NCBI GenBank assembly: GCA_031414595.1
Contig: JANNVX010000044.1
Location: forward strand, 1-18,687
Direction: 5' to 3'
Length of the DNA stretch: 18,687 nucleotides
Source of the DNA: Deinococcales bacterium
Lineage (GTDB): Bacteria; Deinococcota; Deinococci; Deinococcales; JAAFIG01
The notes under the pieces: generated by a model
Databases searched by the model: none
Seen by the model: the letters and a program-made list of their open reading frames with translations, nothing else
Told to the model about the DNA's origin: nothing
Program-made: the position numbers and the translations under genes
In this document: positions 8,272 to 15,339 of the stretch, one piece after another
Numbering within the stretch: position 1 is the stretch's first letter
How the letters are laid out: every line of letters starts with the position of its first letter

Positions 8272-9197
8272 TATGGGTAGGGTTTGCCAATCGCTTTTGG
8301 CGCTCGAGACTTGCCAATAAAACCAGCCAGTACAAACATTGTGATGATAAACGGCAAGTTGTCCACAATTGCACTTGGCAGGATGTTGTCGCCGCCTAAA
8401 CGAATGGCGAGGGCGCGAAAAAAACCAAACAACAAACATGCACCCATGACTTGCCAAGGTTGGTAACGCCCAAAAATCAGGGCAGCGAGAGCGATAAAAC
8501 CTTGTCCAGCGCTCATGCCTCGGTTAAAGCCATCTAAGTTGCCGATGCTTAAAAAAGCCCCAGCCAAAGCCGCCAGAATTCCCGAGATAATCACCGCCGC
8601 GTAGCGAGTTCTAAAAACATTCACACCGACACTGGCGGCGGCTTGTGGGGCTTCGCCAACCGCTCGTAAACGCAAACCAAAGGGTGTTCGGAAAATCACA
8701 TAAGCCGTAATTGGCACGAGCAGAAACGAAATAAACGTTAAAGGCGAAAAAGCAAAACCTTCGATACCCCAAACGGGTAAAGTGTTGCGAACTTTTTCGG
8801 AATCCGAGGTATTGTTGTAAAAAAATTGCAGCACCACAGCCGGACCACCCAAGGCGAGTAAGTTAATGGCTGTACCACTAATCACTTGATCGGCTTTGTA
8901 TTTAATGCTGACCACGGCATGAATCCAAGCAATAAACGCCCCAATCACCATTGCCCCAAACACCCCAACCCAAGGAGTCCACCACAGCACCGCGTTAGGG
9001 TTGGTTGCCAGCATAAAAACCTCGAGTTGCTGCGCTACAATCGCTGCCGTCAAAGCTCCAAATAGCATGATGCCCTCGAGCGCAATGTTGACCACACCCG
9101 CCCGTTCTGAGTACATCCCGCCCAGGGCAGCAAACAAAAGCGGCGTGGTACTGCGAATGGTTGTGACCAGTACGACCATGATGACTGCAATATCCAT
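8271..9197 (-). CDS. Nucleoside/sugar ABC transporter permease (NupC-like)
   Basis: PLLFAALGGMYSERAGVVNIALEGIML, TPFGLRLRAVGE, GQGFIALAALIFG; multi-pass hydrophobic. Confidence 0.92.
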   Translation of the reverse strand: MDIAVIMVVLVTTIRSTTPLLFAALGGMYSERAGVVNIALEGIMLFGALTAAIVAQQLEVFMLATNPNAVLWWTPWVGVFGAMVIGAFIAWIHAVVSIKYKADQVISGTAINLLALGGPAVVLQFFYNNTSDSEKVRNTLPVWGIEGFAFSPLTFISFLLVPITAYVIFRTPFGLRLRAVGEAPQAAASVGVNVFRTRYAAVIISGILAALAGAFLSIGNLDGFNRGMSAGQGFIALAALIFGRYQPWQVMGACLLFGFFRALAIRLGGDNILPSAIVDNLPFIITMFVLAGFIGKSRAPKAIGKPYP

Positions 9198-11087
9198 TTA
9201 GGCATCACCTTCTTTTTTGGCTTGAGTTTGCGCTTTGGGAGGCTCGGGTTTTCTGGACATGTTGATGCTGCGTAAAAAATCACCACTTAGAAAACCTCTG
9301 GTGGCAATAAACAGCACAATTAAGGCTTGTAGGACTGTCACAATTTCCCTCGAGATGTCGTCTAAGGCTTGGTCAAGCCGCAAACCACCACTGCCCAGAA
9401 CCCCAAATAAAATACTCGAGACGACCACGCCAACTGGTGTATTCTGCCCCAGCAGCGCCACAGTGATTCCACCAAAGCCGACGCTATCGGCGGGAATGGA
9501 CTGCTTTAAGCGGTACTCGGCTAACGCGCCACCCATCGTAAAGTGCGTGGCGGCTAGACCACACAATGCCCCAGAAATTGCCATTGCCAAAACGGTATTT
9601 TTAGCGATATTGACCCCGCCATACTCGGCTGCCTTGGGACTTAAACCGACTGCCCGAAGCTCAAAACCCCATTTGGTACGCCATAAAAACACACCAACAA
9701 AACCAGCCGCTAAAATCGCAATCACAAATGATAAATTCAGCGCCGCCGTTTGCATTGCACCAGTAATCGGAATTTCACGCAACACGAAACCAAGCACTAA
9801 ACCTGCCACTGCCCCAATTCCAGCACCAATCCCTCGAGTCTGCAATGTACCTTTGGAAAACGCAAAACCCAGAATTAAACCAAGCAGCAAAAACGGAATC
9901 GGTAACGCCATAAAATTTGCCCCATCTCGAGTGATTGCAAACGGCGCAGTGATATTAGAAAGAACTGCTCCAGCCCCAAACTCGAGGCTGCGAGCCTCAC
10001 CACCCTCGGCTTTGAACGGCAAATTAACAGTCGCACCAAAGAATTTATACTCGTTAGAGCCAATTAAAAAAACCAGAATTCCACTGGCGATGTTATTAAG
10101 CATAATCGTGTTGATCACTTCCGAAGCCCCAAAGCGTCCCTTCAGCCAGCCCGGTAACGCCCCCCAAAGCCCACCACCAAGCGCAGCCGCAACCACACAA
10201 AGCGGCGCGACAATAAACCACGGACCCGGAATGTAAATACCGACAGCCGCACAAAAAATTCCACCCATAATCACTTGCCCCGGCGCACCAATGTTAAAAA
10301 GCCCGGTGCGAAACCCAAAGGCTAAACCCAGACCCGTAAAAATAAGTGGGGTTGCCAAAGATAAACTCTGCCAAACAGGAGCAAAGTCTAGGGCTGGACG
10401 GAACTTAGGCAGAATTGAACCAAATAACATGCTGTAACTAAACCAAAGTAAATCGGCTCGAGCCAACCACGCACTGGCTGGAGCTTTCTCGAGTCCGGGC
10501 GGGACTTGCAGCAGCAGAATCAGGAAGCCACAAACAATCAAAGCCAGTAAAATCGAAATCGCAGGAACAACCGCCGCCCTAACACTCTGAAAAAAACTTG
10601 GAAAACGATTGGCAGCTTGTAGGCTCGAGATGATTGCTCCAAGACCAGTCAAAAAAGCAAAGAATGCCCAGAGCGAAGGTCCAAAATTGACAAAAGGCAA
10701 ACGCCGATACGCCGTGCCACCCGCCAGAAGCGGCGCATGAACTGAATCTAAGGTCATGGCGTAGACCACAAAACTCGAGACAACCAAAAGCACTGTTAAT
10801 GCCCCACCAACCCAGACCAGTTTTGGTTGAAACCAAGCCAAGGCTGCCGTGCCAAGCAGCGCCAGTAGTGTTAGCCAAATAAACAAGGTGGTACTCGAGA
10901 AATCGGGCATGGTTTTTGGCAAGAAACCCGTGAAATCCACAATGCTACTTGGATGGACAAAAATTGCCGCTTGTCCACCAAAAGACCGTGTGATTGTCGC
11001 AAATGGCAGTACAAAACTTGAGAGTGCTGCCACAGCCGCGACAATGGCAAGGGGAATGTTTGGGCGCGGTTGTGATGAGGTGTTCAT
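9198..11087 (-). CDS. Nucleoside/sugar ABC transporter permease (NupB-like) with N-terminal membrane extension
   Basis: ATPLIFTGLGLAFGFRTGLFNIGAPGQ, SEVINTIMLN, GFELRAVG, GFGGITVALLG; about 170 extra hydrophobic N-terminal residues. Confidence 0.9.
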   Translation of the reverse strand: MNTSSQPRPNIPLAIVAAVAALSSFVLPFATITRSFGGQAAIFVHPSSIVDFTGFLPKTMPDFSSTTLFIWLTLLALLGTAALAWFQPKLVWVGGALTVLLVVSSFVVYAMTLDSVHAPLLAGGTAYRRLPFVNFGPSLWAFFAFLTGLGAIISSLQAANRFPSFFQSVRAAVVPAISILLALIVCGFLILLLQVPPGLEKAPASAWLARADLLWFSYSMLFGSILPKFRPALDFAPVWQSLSLATPLIFTGLGLAFGFRTGLFNIGAPGQVIMGGIFCAAVGIYIPGPWFIVAPLCVVAAALGGGLWGALPGWLKGRFGASEVINTIMLNNIASGILVFLIGSNEYKFFGATVNLPFKAEGGEARSLEFGAGAVLSNITAPFAITRDGANFMALPIPFLLLGLILGFAFSKGTLQTRGIGAGIGAVAGLVLGFVLREIPITGAMQTAALNLSFVIAILAAGFVGVFLWRTKWGFELRAVGLSPKAAEYGGVNIAKNTVLAMAISGALCGLAATHFTMGGALAEYRLKQSIPADSVGFGGITVALLGQNTPVGVVVSSILFGVLGSGGLRLDQALDDISREIVTVLQALIVLFIATRGFLSGDFLRSINMSRKPEPPKAQTQAKKEGDA

Positions 11088-11122
11088 GGAAACCTATTCT
11101 AATCAAAATTGGCTTGCAATTG

Positions 11123-11324
11123 CACGAATCAAAAACATGGGCATAACCAAATCTTTTACACCAAGCGAACTCGAACGTACCTTCAAAGCCGAACTTCTGG
11201 CTCGAGACGCGGGGACTTTAAGCGCCAAGCGCGGGAAGCTCGAGGCAAAAGCCTGAGTAAATTAGGTTTGGAACTGGGCATCAGCAAAGGCAGGGTGCAT
11301 CAGCGTGAGCCGAAGCACTCGAGT
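11123..11324 (+). pseudogene. Eroded paralog of the HTH antitoxin at 12547-12918
   Basis: Aligns to the 12547-12918 gene (TPSELERTFKAELLAR..., RQAREARGKSLSKLG.ELGISKGRVHQRE) with a frameshift near 11220 and several internal deletions. Confidence 0.88.
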
Positions 11325-11376
11325 AAAGCGTGGTAAAATTTTGTGTGTTGCCCTGTGCTAAACGCCAAGGCTCGAG
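11325..11376 (+). repeat. 52-bp direct repeat, copy A
   Basis: AAAGCGTGGTAAAATTTTGTGTGTTGCCCTGTGCTAAACGCCAAGGCTCGAG. Confidence 0.9.
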
Positions 11377-11387
11377 CTAAAACAAAT

Positions 11388-11663
11388 TTACACCAAGCGA
11401 ATCTCGAGACGTTTACCAAGGGCAATCGCGGCTCGCTCGAGGGTTTGCAAAGTTGCACTTTGATTATTTGGATCGAGCAAACGGTCAAGGGCAGCACGAC
11501 TGGTATTCATGCGTTTAGCCAATTCAGTCTTACTGAGTTTCTTGGATTCTAAAGTTTCTAAAAGCTGATAAGCAATCACTCGTTTTATCGCTAAGGCTTC
11601 GGCATCAGCAAGAATACCTTCCTCGAGTAAAAAATCATCGAAATTACTGCCAATGTGTTTCAT
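11388..11663 (-). CDS. XRE-family HTH antitoxin (HigA-like)
   Basis: HIGSNFDDFL...KRVIAYQL...SKTELAKRMNTSRAALDRLLDP...TLQTLERAA; ATGA overlap with the upstream toxin. Confidence 0.9.
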   Translation of the reverse strand: MKHIGSNFDDFLLEEGILADAEALAIKRVIAYQLLETLESKKLSKTELAKRMNTSRAALDRLLDPNNQSATLQTLERAAIALGKRLEIRLV

Positions 11664-12028
11664 GGGTTCTCCAATAATTCTTTGAGGCGTTTACGAGCAA
11701 GCTCAAGGTCTGACTTTGGTGTTTTCTGGCTTTTTTTGATAAAAGCATGAAGCAGAATCATTTGGTTGTTCTGCACTGTAAAAATAGTTCTGGCAATCCC
11801 AGTGCTGATATGAGAGCGAACTTCCCATAAATCAGGCTCGAGTTTTCTGACCAAAGGCATTCCAATTGGATAAGCAAATTGCACGGTTTTAATATCTTCG
11901 CCAATGGTTCGGCGCATCTCGAGGCTTTGGGCTTTTAGCCAATCACGGACGGGTTCTTTATTGCTGCTTGTGTGATAAAAGAAAACCAGTAGGACAGGCT
12001 CGAGTTGAGGTCTGGGCTGGTTTAACAC
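11660..12028 (-). CDS. Type II TA toxin, RelE/ParE superfamily (Gp49/HigB-like)
   Basis: FY.T...EPVRDWLK...IGEDIKTVQ...PIGMPLVRKL..DLWEVRS...ILLHAFIKKSQKTP; extended -10 TGGTACACT 6 nt before the GTG. Confidence 0.92.
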   Translation of the reverse strand: MLNQPRPQLEPVLLVFFYHTSSNKEPVRDWLKAQSLEMRRTIGEDIKTVQFAYPIGMPLVRKLEPDLWEVRSHISTGIARTIFTVQNNQMILLHAFIKKSQKTPKSDLELARKRLKELLENP

Positions 12029-12079
12029 AATTAAAGTGTACCAAAAAAGATACGATTTGCCAAGGGAGCAACGCTCGAG

Positions 12080-12131
12080 AAAGCGTAATGGGATTTTGTG
12101 TGCAACCCTGTGCTAAATGCCAAGGCTCGAG
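12080..12131 (+). repeat. 52-bp direct repeat, copy B
   Basis: AAAGCGTAATGGGATTTTGTGTGCAACCCTGTGCTAAATGCCAAGGCTCGAG. Confidence 0.9.
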
Positions 12132-12146
12132 CCTTGGTGAACTTGC

Positions 12147-12175
12147 TTGACAATGATAATCGTCTAGTCTAAGCT
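12147..12175 (+). promoter_or_regulatory. Leaderless sigma70 promoter of the second TA operon
   Basis: TTGACA, 17 nt, TAAGCT, 6 nt, ATG (12182). Confidence 0.75.
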
Positions 12176-12181
12176 ATACTA

Positions 12182-12550
12182 ATGCGGCTATACCTTGCCC
12201 GACACCCAGACCAAATAACCAGCAAGCACCCACGAATCATTGAAGATATGCTTGAGCTTTGCGAACACCATCAGCTTGCTGTGAACGCCATGATTGGAAT
12301 GCTCGAAGATTTATTCGAGTTTGATCTCAAAACCAGATACGCTAAAAAGCTAATGGATTACCCGCTTTGGGAACTGAAAACCCGTTCTCGAGGCGGCGAA
12401 AAAGGCGGAGCAAGAGTCTATTTCTTTGTCGAAAACAACATTGCTTATATTTGCAATGCCGAAGTCAAAACAGGAAGCGAACCAAGCGAACACAAACTCG
12501 AAGAAGCCCTAGAAATTCTAGTCGCACATCGCGCTGGGAGGACAATATGA
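12182..12550 (+). CDS. Type II TA toxin, RelE/ParE superfamily (HigB-like)
   Basis: YAKKL...PLWELK...GGARVYFF RelE-like core; toxin-first order with an ATGA overlap to the HTH gene. Confidence 0.75.
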   Translation: MRLYLARHPDQITSKHPRIIEDMLELCEHHQLAVNAMIGMLEDLFEFDLKTRYAKKLMDYPLWELKTRSRGGEKGGARVYFFVENNIAYICNAEVKTGSEPSEHKLEEALEILVAHRAGRTI

Positions 12551-12918
12551 ACCCACGAATCAAAGCCATGCTCGAGACATTTACGCCCGAAGAAATCCGC
12601 ACTGGAATTCTTGAGAATAAACAAAGTAAAACAGTTCTAACAACCACACCAAGCGAACTCGAACGTACTTTCAAAGCTGAATTACTGGCTCGAAATGCTG
12701 GGGCATTACTACGCCAAGCGCGGGAAGCTCGAGGCAAAAGCCTGAGTAAATTAGGCTCGGAGCTTGGCATCAGCAAAGGCAGGGTGCATCAGCGCGAACA
12801 AGCCAGTGCGAACTTAGAAATCAAAACGATTCTCGAGCAAGCCGAAGCACTCGAGTACGAAGTTGAATTGGTGTTAAGACCAAAGCAAGGTGGGCAGGAA
12901 ATACGAGCGTTGCTGTAA
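12547..12918 (+). CDS. XRE-family HTH antitoxin
   Basis: Start revised to ATG 12547 (ATGA coupling, GGAGG Shine-Dalgarno). LRQAREARGKSLSKLGSELGISKGRVHQRE...NLEIKTI...AEAL HTH. Confidence 0.85.
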   Translation: MNPRIKAMLETFTPEEIRTGILENKQSKTVLTTTPSELERTFKAELLARNAGALLRQAREARGKSLSKLGSELGISKGRVHQREQASANLEIKTILEQAEALEYEVELVLRPKQGGQEIRALL

Positions 12919-12931
12919 AATGCGTTTCAGT

Positions 12932-12982
12932 AAAGCGTGATAGGATTTGTGTGTAGCCCTGTGCTAAACGCTAAGGCTCGAG
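12932..12982 (+). repeat. 52-bp direct repeat family, copy C (51 bp)
   Basis: AAAGCGTGATAGGATTTGTGTGTAGCCCTGTGCTAAACGCTAAGGCTCGAG. Confidence 0.9.
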
Positions 12983-13123
12983 GCAGATTGAATTTTGACC
13001 ACATTGCAATGTTTGATAAACTCTTCGACTTGCACATCTTAAACGTACCTCTACTTTTCAGCAAGATACTTGCAGACGTGTTAAAGTAACTGCAAAAGTT
13101 CTAAACCCATGGGAGTATGACTG

Positions 13124-14161
13124 GTGCAGCGACATACACATTTATATAATTTTGTTGAGATTCTTGTATTTTTCCTTGGGGCTGTTATAGTTTTCCTTCC
13201 CTTGGAATCAAAAACGCCCATCTCTGTGTTTCTGGGGACTACACTTGAAGACATTGGTACAGCCTTAGTAGCTGCCGCTCCTGTTAGTTGGGTCACTCGC
13301 AACTGGAAATTGCGAAGTCTTTACATAGGCATTGCGAGTCTCATTCCCTTCGTACTAGCAAATCTTATCTTATTTCCTAAAGATTTAGAAGCAATTAAAA
13401 AGATTCTAATTAATCTCGCGGGTGGATTGTTGCTTCTCGCAATTTATAACTTCATTTTGGATAAATTATTACTCAATGATGGAACACTGCGAATAAATGC
13501 CATTCAGCGACGAAGAATGGATGAACAGTACCGACAGATGAAAGTGGGAGCAAGGTATAAAATCTATATACTTGCTACAAGTCTCAATGATTCAATTAAC
13601 GATTTCCTTCGGGATACAAAATTATTTAAGAATATAACAGATTCAGATTTGTCCTTAGATATTAGATTGGTTTTTGTTAGTCCCAACTCTGAAGTTATTA
13701 AGGATAGAGCAAGAGAGGATGGTCGAAGTGAGTCAATTATCAAAGGAAGAATAAATTCTACAATAAAAAAATCAGTTCTTTTATATGACCGCATTATTAA
13801 ATTAATGGAGCAAGGAAAAAAAAGCAATTCAACTATCTCGGTAAAAATTACAAATGTTCACCCACTACATAGTTTGGTAATTATAGATGATAAACCTATC
13901 CATTGGACTGTTCATACGTTATCAAAAAATGAAACACTCGAATCTGTTATTTCTGTCCCACTCGATAATGACCCTGTGTATACGGATTTTTTGCGTCATT
14001 TTGATAGTGTTTGGTCTGATCCTTCAACAGTAAAAGTGTTTGAAATTGACCTAAAAAGTAAAGCCCATAAACTTGAGGAAGAATTACTAAATTCTTTGTA
14101 CTCGATTACTCCAAATTTTGACGGAAAATGGAGAAATACTGTTAAAAAATTCCCTGACTGA
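13124..14161 (+). CDS. Membrane protein (3-4 N-terminal TM helices) with DUF5919/PLD-like C-terminal domain
   Basis: Hydrophobic residues ~10-115. The C-terminus KIYILATSL...IRLVFVSPNS...RARED...SLVIIDD...FLRHFDSVW resembles DUF5919. GGAG Shine-Dalgarno 8 nt before the GTG; markedly AT-rich. Confidence 0.6.
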   Translation: MQRHTHLYNFVEILVFFLGAVIVFLPLESKTPISVFLGTTLEDIGTALVAAAPVSWVTRNWKLRSLYIGIASLIPFVLANLILFPKDLEAIKKILINLAGGLLLLAIYNFILDKLLLNDGTLRINAIQRRRMDEQYRQMKVGARYKIYILATSLNDSINDFLRDTKLFKNITDSDLSLDIRLVFVSPNSEVIKDRAREDGRSESIIKGRINSTIKKSVLLYDRIIKLMEQGKKSNSTISVKITNVHPLHSLVIIDDKPIHWTVHTLSKNETLESVISVPLDNDPVYTDFLRHFDSVWSDPSTVKVFEIDLKSKAHKLEEELLNSLYSITPNFDGKWRNTVKKFPD

Positions 14162-14181
14162 TATGAGTACGGAAAAATCTT

Positions 14182-15339
14182 ATGCTTAAATCTCTTTCTC
14201 TTTTCAGTGGTTGTGGCGGCTTGGATAGCGGTGTCTTCCAAGCTGGCTTCACGCCATTGGCTCTTGCCGAAATAGACCCTCATGCCACCAAAACCTTGTC
14301 GCATTGGCTCGAGCAAAAGGGCTTAAACATTCCTATTTTCTCGGATGTTACGCAACTAAATCCTTTTAGCCTACTCGAGCAACTGGGCTTACAAGTCGGT
14401 GAACTCGATTTGCTGTTGGGTGGTTCGCCCTGCCAGTCGTACAGCCTGATTGGTCAGCGTGCATCTCTCGAGGATGAGCGTGGGCAGTTACTCTTTGAAT
14501 TCGTGCGTTTGGCTCGAGTGCTACAACCCAAGGTAATTCTGATGGAGCAAGTTAAGGGTTTGCTTAGTGCGCCGGGCTTGGCTGGTGAGCGTGGTGGGGC
14601 GTTGGCGGTGCTGATGTCTAAACTCGAGGAGATTGGGTATACCGTGCGTTTTCAGGTTTTGAATACGGCTCATTTTGGTGTGCCGCAACTTCGGGAGCGC
14701 TTGTTTTTGGTGGCTGCTCAGGCTGCTTTTGTTTTTCCCGAACCCACCCATACCAGCAATGATTCACTCTTTGGTTTACCGCCATTTAGAACTGTTTGGG
14801 ATGCAATTGCCGATTTACCCGCACCAACGTTGAAGGGCGAACCTGAGCGCTTTCCAAATCACGTGGATGTTACCCCTGCTCGAGACCGTGAACGTATTTT
14901 TCATGTTCCTGAAGGTGATTTCTTGGCGCGGCAGTTTCATTTGCCCGAAGATATTCGTTGTAAGCTCAATCCCAAGAAGGACACCACAAAATTTAGGCGG
15001 TTGTCGCGTTTTCTGCCCAGTTTAACCTTGCGTGGTGGTGAATCGCCGTATCATCCGCTCGAGCCTCGGTACATTACGCCGCGTGAGTCTTTGCGTTTGC
15101 ATGGTTTTTTGGATGATCATATTTTAATTGCGCCAATTCGTGGGCGTTCTGGTACGTTCAATGGTTTAGACCAGCATCGTTTGGTGGCGAATGCTGTGCC
15201 GCCGCCACTTGCTTTTGCGCTTGCCAGTGCGATTAAAGCTCAATTTTTGACTGAATCTCGAGCAGAGGCGCTTTTCGCAGCATTGCCTTTAAGAGTTCCT
15301 TTTTTGGTGGAATCTTTTTCGGTAGCAAAATCCCTGTAA
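14182..15339 (+). CDS. DNA (cytosine-5)-methyltransferase
   Basis: Motif I LFSGCGG, IV GGSPCQ, VI MEQV (variant of ENV), VIII PQLRERLF, IX RYITPRE..RL.GF, X NAVPP. Confidence 0.93.
   Translation: MLKSLSLFSGCGGLDSGVFQAGFTPLALAEIDPHATKTLSHWLEQKGLNIPIFSDVTQLNPFSLLEQLGLQVGELDLLLGGSPCQSYSLIGQRASLEDERGQLLFEFVRLARVLQPKVILMEQVKGLLSAPGLAGERGGALAVLMSKLEEIGYTVRFQVLNTAHFGVPQLRERLFLVAAQAAFVFPEPTHTSNDSLFGLPPFRTVWDAIADLPAPTLKGEPERFPNHVDVTPARDRERIFHVPEGDFLARQFHLPEDIRCKLNPKKDTTKFRRLSRFLPSLTLRGGESPYHPLEPRYITPRESLRLHGFLDDHILIAPIRGRSGTFNGLDQHRLVANAVPPPLAFALASAIKAQFLTESRAEALFAALPLRVPFLVESFSVAKSL
14281..14316 (+). repeat. 36-bp direct repeat, copy inside the MTase gene
   Basis: CATGCCACCAAAACCTTGTCGCATTGGCTCGAGCAA; 34/36 identical to 16308-16343. 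Confidence 0.9.

Noticed and set aside
9235-10236. 333-aa plus-strand ORF
   Set aside because: Antisense shadow of the permease; its composition mirrors hydrophobic codons and it has no motifs.
10849-11336. ORFs 10849-11256 and 11109-11336 as real genes
   Set aside because: They are permease antisense plus two frames of the frameshifted antitoxin relic.
12093-12118. Repeat core as a Xer dif/pdif site (CTGTGCTAAAT matches the XerD arm TTATGTTAAAT at 8/11)
   Set aside because: The arm spacing is shorter than the required 6 bp and the conserved TAA/TTA inner bases are missing. Too weak, though worth rechecking against the host dif.
12367-12546. 60-aa N-terminal extension of the second antitoxin
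   Set aside because: It overlaps the toxin in another frame; ATGA coupling and the Shine-Dalgarno support a start at 12547.
11325-12982. 52-bp repeats as a CRISPR array or integron attC sites
   Set aside because: Spacing is 700-800 bp and gene-filled, with no cas genes. There is no RYYYAAC...GTTRRRY arrangement and no intI in the window.
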